Source: an uncultured Acidobacteriota bacterium (GTDB lineage: Bacteria; Acidobacteriota; Blastocatellia; RBC074). From it: a DNA stretch of 64,000 bases. Below, piece by piece: positions 53,470-63,373 of this stretch; the stretch's first letter is position 1, and every line of letters begins with the position of its first letter. The stretch is from contig CAWCKY010000003.1 of NCBI GenBank assembly GCA_963796275.1, positions 1,248,001 to 1,312,000 on the forward strand, in the 5' to 3' direction. The position numbers and the translations under genes were made by a program. The notes beneath the pieces are model-generated. The model ran no database searches and was not told where the DNA came from. It saw only the letters and a list, made by a program, of their open reading frames with translations.

Positions 53470-53721
53470 ATGGCAGAAGAGAGCAATTCTATAGATAATC
53501 GGTCGACGAGTCCTCTCCCGTTTGAGGAATTCGTCAGGCAGCAGTTTGAACTTGTATTTGTACGGTTAGACGGTCTCGAAACCAATATGACTGAACGCTT
53601 TCTTCAACTCAGCCGTCAAATAAAGCATCTTGATCAGAAAGTGGATATTTTCATTCAGGAGCAGATTTATATGAAGGACGAGTGGAGAGAGTTACGTGAA
53701 ATTGTTAAACCGAAAAATTGA
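53470..53721 (+). CDS. Small hypothetical coiled-coil protein
   Basis: GAGGAG RBS; heptad pattern RLDGLETNM..LDQKVD. Confidence 0.6.
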   Translation: MAEESNSIDNRSTSPLPFEEFVRQQFELVFVRLDGLETNMTERFLQLSRQIKHLDQKVDIFIQEQIYMKDEWRELREIVKPKN

Positions 53722-53854
53722 CATTTGAAAATCGACCGCGAAGAGGCGACGCGAATGTGGGCATGTTTTTTAACTTGCCCATATCTCCGTGGCAGGTAAA
53801 AAACGGGTCTACCTTCGCTCGCCTTCTTCGTTTCTTCGTGGTTTCTATTGAGAA

Positions 53855-54400
53855 ATGCGATCCAAATTCGGCTATCTAATAATCACCGTCATAGTCCTCA
53901 TCGTCGATCAGTTGACGAAGTATTGGGCGATAACATCGCTCAAACCGGTTGCCCTGATAGAAGTCATCCCGGGGTTTTTCCGGTTCACTTACGCGACAAA
54001 TCGCGGGGTGGCTTTCAGCATGTTCGCCGAGAGCGAATTGAATGTCCGTTTGATCTTCGCCACAGTATCTTCGATCGCCGCGCTTTTCGTAGTCGTCTAT
54101 CTAGCACGCACACCGGCGAGAATGGTACGGATGAATGCGGCGCTATCGCTCCTGCTCGCCGGGATCATCGGCAATCTGATCGATCGCGTGCGTTTAGGAG
54201 AGGTGATAGACTTTTTGGATTTCCACCTGGGCGAAAAGTATACCTGGCCAACGTTCAACATTGCTGATGCGGCGATCTGTGTAGGCGCCGCACTTCTTGC
54301 CCTCGAGATGTTTCACGAGGAGAAGGCGGCAAGGTTGAGGCCATCGACTGAAAAGAGCACGATCGGTTCTTCGGAATCAAGTGAACTACCGAGATCATAA
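53855..54400 (+). CDS. lspA: Lipoprotein signal peptidase II
   Basis: DQLTK, NRGVAF, GNLIDR, VIDF, FNIAD. Confidence 0.96.
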   Translation: MRSKFGYLIITVIVLIVDQLTKYWAITSLKPVALIEVIPGFFRFTYATNRGVAFSMFAESELNVRLIFATVSSIAALFVVVYLARTPARMVRMNAALSLLLAGIIGNLIDRVRLGEVIDFLDFHLGEKYTWPTFNIADAAICVGAALLALEMFHEEKAARLRPSTEKSTIGSSESSELPRS

Positions 54401-55278
54401 TGTTTCCAGAGCTATTCAAAATTCCTTATCTCAATTTCACCTTCAATACTTATGGCTTTCTGCTGGCCCTTGCTTTTATCTCCGGCCTATACGTAATGGG
54501 GAGACTCGCCTCACGCGACGGCCTAGAGAAACAGAAAGTTTACGACCTCGGTCTCTGGGTGCTGGCTGCCTCGCTGGTCGGGTCTAAATTGTTGATGGTC
54601 ATCACCGAGTGGGACAGTTTTTATCGCGACAATCCGCGGCAGATATTCACGCTCGATTTCTTTCGTTCCGGAGGAGTTTTTTACGGAGGATTCATCGGCG
54701 CGGTAATCGCCTCGCTGATTGTCATGAGGTTGTACAAACTGCCGTGGTGGCGGACCGCAGACGCGTTCGCGCCCGGAGTCGCTCTCGGGCAGATGATAGG
54801 CCGACTCGGTTGTTTCAGTGCAGGTTGTTGTTGGGGCAAGCCGACCACGGCTTTCTGCGGCGTGCACTTTACCGATAGAGGGCACGAGATTACAGGGGTG
54901 CCGACGATGGTTGGTCATCTAACCGATCCTATACAAAAAAATGTTTGGGCGGAAAATCTCGGTGGATTGGGCGCATCTTTGCATTTGCATCCGACGCAGC
55001 TCTACGAGGCCGGCGCGACGCTCGTGATCTTTCTCGTACTTCTTGCCGTCTTTCGCCATCGCCGATTTTACGGTCAGGTGATTCTGACTTACGCGCTGCT
55101 TTATGCCGTTGCGCGTTTCATCATTGAATACTGGCGGGACGATCCGCGCGGCGAAGTCTTCGATCTTTTTTCGACCTCGCAGTTCATCGCCATCCTTCTT
55201 TTCATTGGCGCCCTGATAGTGATGATTTTTAGATTGCGTGTTGCGGATCGCGGATTACAAGTTGAAGAGGTCGCTTGA
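54400..55278 (+). CDS. lgt: Prolipoprotein diacylglyceryl transferase
   Basis: YG, GGVFYGG, IGRLGCF..GCCWG, HPTQLYE, RFIIEYWR. Confidence 0.95.
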   Translation: MFPELFKIPYLNFTFNTYGFLLALAFISGLYVMGRLASRDGLEKQKVYDLGLWVLAASLVGSKLLMVITEWDSFYRDNPRQIFTLDFFRSGGVFYGGFIGAVIASLIVMRLYKLPWWRTADAFAPGVALGQMIGRLGCFSAGCCWGKPTTAFCGVHFTDRGHEITGVPTMVGHLTDPIQKNVWAENLGGLGASLHLHPTQLYEAGATLVIFLVLLAVFRHRRFYGQVILTYALLYAVARFIIEYWRDDPRGEVFDLFSTSQFIAILLFIGALIVMIFRLRVADRGLQVEEVA

Positions 55279-55469
55279 TAGTTTTCAGTTTGTTGGCAGC
55301 CAGAGAAAACTGAAAACTGAAAACTGAAAACTGTCTTTTCATTGGCGCCCTGATAGTGATGATTTTTAGATTGCGTATTGCGGATCGCGGATTACAAGTT
55401 GAAGAGGTCGCTTGATAGTTTTCAGTTCGTTGGCAGCCAGAGAAAACTGAAAACTGAAAACTGAAAACT
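55197..55469. repeat. Tandem duplication (period 137 bp) of the lgt 3' end plus heptamer hairpin
   Basis: 55197-55332 and 55334-55469 differ at 2 positions; each ends in the (AAAACTG)n array. Confidence 0.95.
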
Positions 55470-55476
55470 TTTTCAC

Positions 55477-57234
55477 ATGCGTTTGGCTTATTTTACTCCG
55501 CTTCCCCCGAGCAAATCAGGCATTGCCGATTATAATGTCGAGCTCCTGCCTTACCTCGCGCGCGGCGCTGAGCTAACTGTCTTCGTCCAGCGCGAAGATG
55601 AGCTCAATGAGAATCAGAGCCGCGAGGGGTATGCTGTCCGGAACGCAACCAGCTTTGATGAACTTCACCGGGATAACCCATTCGATCTTTGCGTCTATCA
55701 CCAGGGCAATAACCCCTATCACGAATTTATCTACGAGCGGGCGTTGATTACACCGGGCTTGTTAGTGCTGCACGAACATTGTCTGCATCACCTGATTGTC
55801 GGAAAGACGCTCGCGCGCGGGGATGCCGAGGGATATTGGAACGAGCTTTTCTATGCCTACGGGAATCGCGGCGCTCGCCTTGCCGAAATGCGCATCGGCG
55901 GCACTGTCAGCAGCGATTACCAACAATTTTTGTTCCCGCTCAATCGCCGTTTGGTCGCCAGCAGTCTCGGGCTGATCGTGCACAACGCATACTCGTTCGC
56001 GCAACTCGAGGGGCTGCGGGAAGGGTGTCCGGTCGAGATCATTCCGCATCACCTGTCGCCCAAAAATTATGAACTCGATGAGATGGACAAAGTCGAATGC
56101 CGCCGGTCGCTCGGCGTGCCCGAGGATGCTTGGGTCGTAGCGTCTCTTGGCTTTGTCACGGAATCGAAGCGCATCCCGGTCGTGTTGGCAGCCTTCAAAA
56201 AACTGCTTTCGGTCATGCCGAAATCGATCTATATGATAATCGGTGAAGACCATCCGACCGGCGGAGTCGCACCGCTGATCGAAGAGATGGGTTTAGGCGA
56301 TAAAGTGCGGATCACGGGTTACACGACAGAGACTGATTTCTTCCGCTATCTGAAGACAGTTGACGTGGTCGTTAACTTGCGTTTTCCAACGGCCGGTGAA
56401 ACCTCGGGCACGTTGATCCGTTCTCTGGGAGCGGGCAAGCCCGTCATCGTGACTGATTTCGGTCAGTTCGGTGAAATGCCAGACGATTGTTGTTTGAAAG
56501 TCAGGCTGGGACCCGATGAGGAACGAGAATTGTATTTGCAATTGCGAGCGCTGGCATATCGTCCGACGCTCCGTGAAAGTTTGAGCAGAAGTGCTTCGGA
56601 GTGGATTCGCCGCGAGTGCGAGATCAGCCGTTCCGCGGCGCGATATCTCGCGCTCGGCGAGCGCATTATTGAGCGAGAGAAAAGGTGGCGCGAGCGGCCA
56701 TCCCGTGCTTTGATCAGGCCTCGGTTCGATTTTATTGACGCGCCGGCAATCAAAATTGACCGAGAGGCGGCTGAGGCCAACGGATACGCCCACCACATCA
56801 TCGATCTGATCGCCCTGATCCCCGCCGGCGGGAAAGACGAGCGGCTGCTTATTCTGAACGGCACCGACCAAATGGGGAACCTCGTCGAGAGATACGGCGA
56901 GTATGGCGAGATTTCGGCAACCCGAAGCTCGGAAGGAGAGGGGCTCACGTATTCCAATTCGCATTTCGATGTCGCGCTCTTTGGTGGACTGATCGAGCAT
57001 TCCCGGGAAGACACGATGCATATGCTAATGGAAATGAACCGTGTGCTGAAATGGGGCGGATTGCTAATTCTGAAGACATCTCCTATGGTCAGGGATGTGC
57101 CTCTTGTTCTTGGATCGGCAGGGTTCAAAATTATCAAGCAGGAAACGGGCCATAGCATGAATGACGTTGAGAATCTGTTAGTCGGCCGCAAGCAGAGCCT
57201 GCAGTTCGATAGATACCCGGATGTTGCGACATGA
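55477..57234 (+). CDS. GT4 glycosyltransferase fused to a degenerate SAM-methyltransferase-like domain
   Basis: FTPLPPSKSGIADY, YHQGNN..H, LRFPTAGETSG; C-terminal FDV....LIEH, EMNRVLKWGGLL. Confidence 0.85.
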   Translation: MRLAYFTPLPPSKSGIADYNVELLPYLARGAELTVFVQREDELNENQSREGYAVRNATSFDELHRDNPFDLCVYHQGNNPYHEFIYERALITPGLLVLHEHCLHHLIVGKTLARGDAEGYWNELFYAYGNRGARLAEMRIGGTVSSDYQQFLFPLNRRLVASSLGLIVHNAYSFAQLEGLREGCPVEIIPHHLSPKNYELDEMDKVECRRSLGVPEDAWVVASLGFVTESKRIPVVLAAFKKLLSVMPKSIYMIIGEDHPTGGVAPLIEEMGLGDKVRITGYTTETDFFRYLKTVDVVVNLRFPTAGETSGTLIRSLGAGKPVIVTDFGQFGEMPDDCCLKVRLGPDEERELYLQLRALAYRPTLRESLSRSASEWIRRECEISRSAARYLALGERIIEREKRWRERPSRALIRPRFDFIDAPAIKIDREAAEANGYAHHIIDLIALIPAGGKDERLLILNGTDQMGNLVERYGEYGEISATRSSEGEGLTYSNSHFDVALFGGLIEHSREDTMHMLMEMNRVLKWGGLLILKTSPMVRDVPLVLGSAGFKIIKQETGHSMNDVENLLVGRKQSLQFDRYPDVAT

Positions 57235-57310
57235 CTAGATAGAGTCGGGAGTCCGGAGTTTTATAGAAAGTAGGGAATGATAAGTTCGGCATCGGATTCC
57301 AGACCTTATT

Positions 57311-58558
57311 ATGATTTCAGTTCGAGAAGTTTCCAAACTATATCGCATATACGATAAGCCGACGGGGCGGCTGAAAGAGATCGTTTTGCGCGGGCGACGC
57401 AAATATCACCGCGATTTCTGGGCTTTACAGAATATAAATCTGGAAGTTGCTTCCGGCGAGGCCGTCGGGATTATCGGCCGAAACGGGGGAGGGAAGACGA
57501 CGCTGCTTCAAATAATTGCCGGCGTCCTGCAACCGACACAGGGTGAAGTGCGTGTCGAGGGGCGCGTCACCGCACTGCTCGAGCTGGGGAGCGGATTCAA
57601 TCCCGAATACACGGGGCGCGAGAACATAATACTCAGCGGACAGATACTCGGCATCAGCGAAGACGATATGAGGCAGAGGCTAGACGTCATCACCCAGTTC
57701 GCCGAGCTGGAAGCGTTCGTCGATCAACCGGTCAAAACCTATTCGACCGGAATGATGATGAGACTCGCCTTCGCCTCCGCCATCCATGTCGACCCGGATG
57801 TGCTGATCGTCGATGAGGCGTTATCGGTTGGCGACGTCTATTTTCAACGGAAATCGATCGACCGGATGGAATACTTTCGGAAAGCGGGTAAGACCGTCCT
57901 CTTCGTTTCGCACGAGCCACAGCTCATCCAGCGTTTTTGCAACCGCGCATTATGGCTCGAGCGCGGGCAGGCGGCCATGTTCGGGGATGCACGAGAGGTG
58001 GTCACGGCGTATCAGGCTTTCTGCGCCAAGCTGGAGGATGAGAGGCTCCGCAAGGCCGCGCAAAATGGCGGCATCGCTTCGCACGAGCATGATGAGATCT
58101 TACGCGAATTACGTTTGACGGGCTCTCGATGGGGTAATGGGAAAATCAGTTATACCCGAGTCGAGATGATCAATTCTCACGGTGAGGCGACCTGGGTCTT
58201 CAATTCCGGGGAAGCCGTCATTGTCAAACTGTACTACGAGTCTGATCAGGATTATGAACGACCCATATTCGCGATCGATATCCATCGATTTGACGGCATC
58301 TTCGTCGGCAGCGTCAACAACCACGATACTCATCCTTCCCAGATTCCGATCACACGCGGGCCTGGGACGTTAACCCTGAACATCCAAAAATTGGAGCTGC
58401 CTTACAATTCTTACTTCCTATCGCTAAAGGCATATACAGAGAGCGACGAGCCGCATTGGAGAGACCCGGCGGACATTCACAACCAGATGTATCAGTTCGA
58501 TGTGGTAACCAAACAGCAAATTCATGGCCTGATGAAATTTGAAGCTGAGTGGGAATGA
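57311..58558 (+). CDS. wzt: Polysaccharide ABC transporter ATP-binding subunit with Wzt_C domain
   Basis: FWAL, GRNGGGKT, YSTGM, IVDEALSVGD, C-terminal Ig-like domain. Confidence 0.9.
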   Translation: MISVREVSKLYRIYDKPTGRLKEIVLRGRRKYHRDFWALQNINLEVASGEAVGIIGRNGGGKTTLLQIIAGVLQPTQGEVRVEGRVTALLELGSGFNPEYTGRENIILSGQILGISEDDMRQRLDVITQFAELEAFVDQPVKTYSTGMMMRLAFASAIHVDPDVLIVDEALSVGDVYFQRKSIDRMEYFRKAGKTVLFVSHEPQLIQRFCNRALWLERGQAAMFGDAREVVTAYQAFCAKLEDERLRKAAQNGGIASHEHDEILRELRLTGSRWGNGKISYTRVEMINSHGEATWVFNSGEAVIVKLYYESDQDYERPIFAIDIHRFDGIFVGSVNNHDTHPSQIPITRGPGTLTLNIQKLELPYNSYFLSLKAYTESDEPHWRDPADIHNQMYQFDVVTKQQIHGLMKFEAEWE

Positions 58559-59163
58559 TGTATATAGCCAAGATCATCAAATCGAATTCGCACGTCGATT
58601 ATGCTGCGCGAGTTCTCGATTCGCTCGAAACGCACGACCCGCCGACGACTGCCGATTACCATTTCGGCCAGTTCGTCAAAATACCGGCCAAAGGGAAAAA
58701 CGGCGAATATCGCGGTGAAGCGGTCGGTGTGATATACAATTCGCAGTTGATCAATCCTGAATACGGCAACTATGGCCCCCGCCTTTCCACTCCCCCGGAG
58801 CTCAACGCAGTCTTCAGCCCGGACTACCTGAACGAGCAGGGTGTGCTGATAGGTATATTGCTGGTAGGTTGGCGCGATATCAATGGCTGCCATCAAGGGG
58901 TGCCGCGTGAAGTATTGTCTATCAATTCGGATGTGGAGGTTATGACGGGTCAGGAGGTGAGCGCGTTTCATCACGATGAAAGCGGCTCATTGCAAGTTCA
59001 TTACTATACACACATCACAACACACGCGGGATCGTTCGCCTTTCAGTTATTGGCGGCGATCGTCGATCAACTGGAACGGCTTACGTCGGAAAGCGAGCGG
59101 GCGAGGCTAGGCGTCTTGCGGAAGGCGCTCACATGGCAGCAAACGATCGGGAAGTTGAGATAG
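58555..59163 (+). CDS. Conserved hypothetical protein, possibly HAS-barrel-like
   Basis: IAKIIKSNSHVDY, FGQFVKI, VGVIYNSQL.NP..G..GPRLS; overlaps the wzt stop (ATGA). Confidence 0.7.
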   Translation: MMYIAKIIKSNSHVDYAARVLDSLETHDPPTTADYHFGQFVKIPAKGKNGEYRGEAVGVIYNSQLINPEYGNYGPRLSTPPELNAVFSPDYLNEQGVLIGILLVGWRDINGCHQGVPREVLSINSDVEVMTGQEVSAFHHDESGSLQVHYYTHITTHAGSFAFQLLAAIVDQLERLTSESERARLGVLRKALTWQQTIGKLR

Positions 59164-59167
59164 GAGC

Positions 59168-59237
59168 CAGTTTTTAGTTTTCAGTCTTCAGTTTTTGAGT
59201 TCTCACTCGTCAACTGAAAACTGAAACTGAAAACTGA
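59168..59237. repeat. Heptamer-array inverted repeat (TTTTCAG family)
   Basis: CAGTTTTTAGTTTTCAGTCTTCAG ... AACTGAAAACTGAAACTGAAAACTG between convergent genes. Confidence 0.85.
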
Positions 59238-59240
59238 TCT

Positions 59241-59867
59241 TCATTGATTTTGCTTCAGCGCATTGGCCAGAGGCGCCCATTGGCCGTTCTGTTTGAACTC
59301 GAATCTCGGCAGTTGGAATTGAAATTGTTTGTTGAACTCGGGATGGTTCTTGAGGAAGTAATCGCGCGTGCGGTTGTCGGCAGTGGCGATTTTCCAATTG
59401 TTATTCTCCTTGAAGAGGTACTGTTGAACGGAGACTCGGCCTTCCGTTACCTCTTCGCCGTTTACCTTTAATGGTTTTTTGAGTCGACCGTAGATAGTCG
59501 TATCGATTACGGCGAAATCGCCTTTTTGCTGCGAACGGCTCACATCCATTCGGTCGATTATTATGAACGACTCCAGGCGCTTGATGCTGAGAGCGAGCTG
59601 TGCCGGCGTGATCTGCTGCTGAAGCTGGCTCGGGAGAAATTCGTAGAGAGATGAATATTTCTGGTTCTTGAGCAGTGAGAAGAACGTCTGCACGGCTGCG
59701 CGCGCATCCTTGGGCTGATTCTTGCTTTGTGAGCGGACCGAAGCGGCTGTGAGAATCAGGCAGGCTAAAATCAGGAGTGCGAACGGGCGCCCACGCTTCT
59801 TCGCCGCCGACCGGTCGTTGACGGTTGTTTCGTTCGCATCGATTGTGTTTTTATTTTTCGCTGTCAT
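59241..59867 (-). CDS. Hypothetical exported protein (NTF2-like pattern)
   Basis: Signal peptide; AVQTFF..L....Y..LY, FKENNNWKI; start overlaps the topA end. Confidence 0.7.
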   Translation of the reverse strand: MTAKNKNTIDANETTVNDRSAAKKRGRPFALLILACLILTAASVRSQSKNQPKDARAAVQTFFSLLKNQKYSSLYEFLPSQLQQQITPAQLALSIKRLESFIIIDRMDVSRSQQKGDFAVIDTTIYGRLKKPLKVNGEEVTEGRVSVQQYLFKENNNWKIATADNRTRDYFLKNHPEFNKQFQFQLPRFEFKQNGQWAPLANALKQNQ

Positions 59868-62406
59868 TCTTTTTTGTTTTCGATACCCGTTTACCAGCTG
59901 GTTTACCGGCTGGAGATTTCCTGGCTGTAACCATCGCGCCGTTGACGGTCTTGTGGTCACACTCCTCCTCAGAGCAGTAGCGTGTAGTCTCTTCCTTCTT
60001 CGCATTGAATTTTTCGAGCAGAAACGGTTTGTTGCATTGCGGGCAGACCTCGGCAATCGGTTTATCCCAGAAAACCGCATCACAATTGGGATATTCCGAA
60101 CAGCCGTAAAAAGTTTTGCCGCGCTTCGATTTTTTTACGATGATCTCGCCCTTACAACCGGCACGCGGACAGGCGACGCCAGTAGATTCGCGTTTAATAA
60201 ATTTGCATTCGGGATAACGCGAACAGGCGGTAAATTCACCGAAAGGGCCATGCCTGATCGCTAATTGCGATTCGCAAACCGGACATAACTCGTCGAGCAT
60301 GACGGGAGCAGCTGCAACGCCCGTCTTGGTGATCTTGCGCGTATTTTTGCATTCGGGATAACCCGTACAGGCCAGGAACTGGCCGAATCTGCCGCGCTTG
60401 AGCGCCATCGTGCGGCTGCACTTGTCGCAGGTCTCTTCGGCGTACGGGTTTTCGGTCGCGTCGGGCTCGACCTCACCCGTGCCGTTCACTGCCGCCGGGC
60501 GTGCCAGATCGCGCGTATTCTTGCATTCGGGATAGTTGGTGCAGGCCAGGAACTGGCCGAATTTCCCGAACTTGATCGCCATCTTCGACCCGCACTTCTC
60601 GCATATCTCTTCAGTGATGATCTCCTGGCGTTTGACGTCGCGCATATGCTCTTGGGCGGCTTTGAGATCGACTGTGAACTTGTCGTAAAAACCCCTGAGC
60701 GCCGCAGTCCACTTCATATTTCCTTCTTCGATTTCGTCCAGCTCTTCCTCCATGCGCGCAGTGTATTCGACGTTGAAAAGTTCGGCGAAGCTTTCGACGA
60801 GCAGGTCGTTGACGATGAAACCGAGCTCGGTCGGATGGAACCTGTTCTCGATCTTTGCGACGTACTCGCGGTCCTGGATCACGCTCATTATCGATGCATA
60901 GGTCGACGGGCGGCCGATGCCTTTCTCTTCCAGAGCCTTGACCAGCGTCGGTTCGGTGTAGCGGGGCGGCGGATCGGTGAAATGCTGGTTGGGTTTCAGC
61001 GAATTGAGCCTCAGCTCTTCGCCCTTTTCGACCTTCGGCAGTTTGGCGGCTCGCTCGTCATCTTCTTCGTCCTTTTCATCCTTGCCTTCTTCGTAGACTG
61101 CCAGGAAGCCGTCGAATTTGATGACCGATCCGGTCGCGCGGAAGAGATATTTAGCGGCGGCGGAAACATCGATGGTCGTTTGATCGAAGATCGCCGGCAT
61201 CATCTGCGAGGCGACGAATCGCTGCCAGATCAGGCGATAGAGCGCGAGTTCGTCTTTGTCCAGATAGGGCGCAACCGTATCGGGTGTGCGTTCGACCGAG
61301 GTCGGACGGATCGCTTCGTGCGCATCCTGCGCATCCTTTTTCGAGCGATAGTGAACGGCCTTGGCCGGCAGGTATTTTTCACCGTATTGCTTGACGATGA
61401 AATCGCGCACTTCCTCCAGCGCGACCGCGGAGACGCGCGTCGAATCGGTTCGCATATAAGTGATCAGACCGACAGCGCCTTCGCTGCCGATCTCCTTCCC
61501 TTCATAGAGCCTCTGCGCGACCTGCATCGTTTTCTTGGCAGTGAATCGTAGTTTGCGCGAGGCCTCCATCTGTAATTTCGAAGTGATGAACGGCGGAACC
61601 GGATTACGCTTCTTCTCCTTGGTTGCGACCTCGGAGACGATATAGTGAGCGCCTTCGAGCTCGTCCAATATGCTCTTGGCCGCCGATTCGTCTTTGATGT
61701 GGAACTCGTTCTTCTTGACCCCCTGGTCGAAGCCCGATGTCTTGACTGTTTGATCGGCGACCTTATACAACCGCGCGTCGAAGGGGGGCGGCAACAGTGC
61801 TGAGAGGTTGGCGATGATCGACCAGTATTCGGTTTTAACGAAGGCCTGAATCTCGCGCTCGCGCTCGACGACCAGACGAACCGCGACCGTTTGCACGCGG
61901 CCCGCCGAGAGTCCGCGACGTACTTTATCCCAGAGCAGCGGGCTGACCTGATAGCCTACGAGACGATCGAGCACGCGGCGCGCCTGTTGCGCATCGACGA
62001 GATTGTCATTGATAGCACCGGGATTCTTAAAGGCCTCATTTATAGCGCTCTTTGTAATCTCGTTGAAGAGCACGCGGTAGATCGTCTTCTTCGCCTGCCC
62101 GCGCCCGCTCTTGACGACCTCCGCGATATGTTTGCCGATCGCTTCGCCTTCGCGATCCGGGTCGGTTGCGACGTAAACCGTCTCGGCCTCCTTCGCCGCG
62201 TCCTTGATCTCCTTGACGACCTTTTCTTTACCGGGCATGACCTCATAGGTCGGCTCGAAATCGTTATCGACATCGACGCCCAGACCTTTTTTCGGCAAAT
62301 CTTTGATGTGACCGACCGATGCCAGGACTGTGAATCCCTTGCCCAGATATTTATTGATGGTTTTCGCCTTAGACGGCGATTCCACTATAACCAGTGATTT
62401 CGACAT
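59851..62406 (-). CDS. topA: DNA topoisomerase I with five C-terminal Zn ribbons
   Basis: IVESPSKA, ATDPDREGE, SAGRVQ, ITYMRTDS, GIGRPST. Confidence 0.98.
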   Translation of the reverse strand: MSKSLVIVESPSKAKTINKYLGKGFTVLASVGHIKDLPKKGLGVDVDNDFEPTYEVMPGKEKVVKEIKDAAKEAETVYVATDPDREGEAIGKHIAEVVKSGRGQAKKTIYRVLFNEITKSAINEAFKNPGAINDNLVDAQQARRVLDRLVGYQVSPLLWDKVRRGLSAGRVQTVAVRLVVEREREIQAFVKTEYWSIIANLSALLPPPFDARLYKVADQTVKTSGFDQGVKKNEFHIKDESAAKSILDELEGAHYIVSEVATKEKKRNPVPPFITSKLQMEASRKLRFTAKKTMQVAQRLYEGKEIGSEGAVGLITYMRTDSTRVSAVALEEVRDFIVKQYGEKYLPAKAVHYRSKKDAQDAHEAIRPTSVERTPDTVAPYLDKDELALYRLIWQRFVASQMMPAIFDQTTIDVSAAAKYLFRATGSVIKFDGFLAVYEEGKDEKDEEDDERAAKLPKVEKGEELRLNSLKPNQHFTDPPPRYTEPTLVKALEEKGIGRPSTYASIMSVIQDREYVAKIENRFHPTELGFIVNDLLVESFAELFNVEYTARMEEELDEIEEGNMKWTAALRGFYDKFTVDLKAAQEHMRDVKRQEIITEEICEKCGSKMAIKFGKFGQFLACTNYPECKNTRDLARPAAVNGTGEVEPDATENPYAEETCDKCSRTMALKRGRFGQFLACTGYPECKNTRKITKTGVAAAPVMLDELCPVCESQLAIRHGPFGEFTACSRYPECKFIKRESTGVACPRAGCKGEIIVKKSKRGKTFYGCSEYPNCDAVFWDKPIAEVCPQCNKPFLLEKFNAKKEETTRYCSEEECDHKTVNGAMVTARKSPAGKPAGKRVSKTKKNDSEK

Positions 62407-62523
62407 ATATTATTCAACTCATTCTCCTGCAGAGTAATGATCCAACATAAATCACATTGCCTCTGATTGCAAAATGCAGATCAAATAACACAAACGCGGC
62501 TCCCAGTTCAAGCCGCGTCATGG

Positions 62524-62639
62524 TCGGTTGCCGGTTGTCGGTCGTCGGTGGTCGGTTAGGGGTTGCAGATAGTCGATTATAAACCCTTACAAAATTGCGT
62601 CTATTAACCGACGACCGACGACCGATAACCGGCAACCGA
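62524..62639. repeat. Heptamer-array inverted repeat (TCGGTCG family)
   Basis: 35-bp arms with 2 mismatches: TCGGTTGCCGGTTGTCGGTCGTCGGTGGTCGGTTA / TAACCGACGACCGACGACCGATAACCGGCAACCGA. Confidence 0.92.
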
Positions 62640-62644
62640 AATTA

Positions 62645-63373
62645 TTATTCTTCTGCAGCATCAAGGGCTTCTTCAAGGGTGAAAACGCCCTCGTAGAGCG
62701 CTTTGCCGATGATCACGCTATCGACTCCGTATCGCTCGAGTTCTTTCAACGCATAAATCTCATCGAGCGAGGCGACGCCGCCGGATGCCGTGACCTTCAA
62801 TCCACACGCTTCGGCGATCTCCTGTGTGGCTTCGATGTTGAGGCCGCTCAGCATGCCGTCGCGTGCGATATCGGTGTATACGATGCGTTCGACGCCCATT
62901 TCGGCGATCTTTTGGGCGAAGTCGATGGCGTTCACGTTCGATAATTTCTCCCACCCGCGGAGCGCCACCTTGCCTTCGCGCGCATCGACGCCTACCACTA
63001 CCGTCGAGCCGAACTCATCTAAGATGTGCGTAAGGAGCACCGGGTTTTCTATCGCCGTCGTGCCTATGACAATGCGGGTTGCGCCGAGCTCGTCGAGACG
63101 CCGGACGTCATCGAGTGTGCGCACACCTCCTCCGAACTGCACCGGGATATTCACCTCATAGAGGATACGTTCCAGTGCCTTGAGGTTATCGGTGTCGTCC
63201 TTGTTGAGCGCCGCGTCAAGGTTGACGATATGAAGCATTTCCGCGCCTTCGTCGTACCATCGCTTAGCGATAACAACAGGATTCTCGGAATAAACGGTCT
63301 CGGCGGAAGCTTGGCCTTGTGTGAGTCTCACGCAGCGGCCGCCGCGCAGATCAATCGCTGGGATGATGATCAT
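62645..63373 (-). CDS. hisA: ProFAR isomerase
   Basis: IIPAIDL.GG.CVRL.QG, QFGGGVR, YTDIARDGML.G, ASGGV, GKALY. Confidence 0.96.
   Translation of the reverse strand: MIIIPAIDLRGGRCVRLTQGQASAETVYSENPVVIAKRWYDEGAEMLHIVNLDAALNKDDTDNLKALERILYEVNIPVQFGGGVRTLDDVRRLDELGATRIVIGTTAIENPVLLTHILDEFGSTVVVGVDAREGKVALRGWEKLSNVNAIDFAQKIAEMGVERIVYTDIARDGMLSGLNIEATQEIAEACGLKVTASGGVASLDEIYALKELERYGVDSVIIGKALYEGVFTLEEALDAAEE

Noticed and set aside
55197-59163. Integrated element with att site in lgt
   Set aside because: The two repeats are adjacent with nothing between them and there is no integrase in the window
60337-60562. ~50-bp direct repeat inside topA
   Set aside because: Explained by tandem Zn-ribbon domains (GQFLACTxYPECKNTR)
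62414-62635. 73-aa ORF between hisA and topA
   Set aside because: Largely a translation of the heptamer hairpin (RPPTTDNRQP); not credible as a protein
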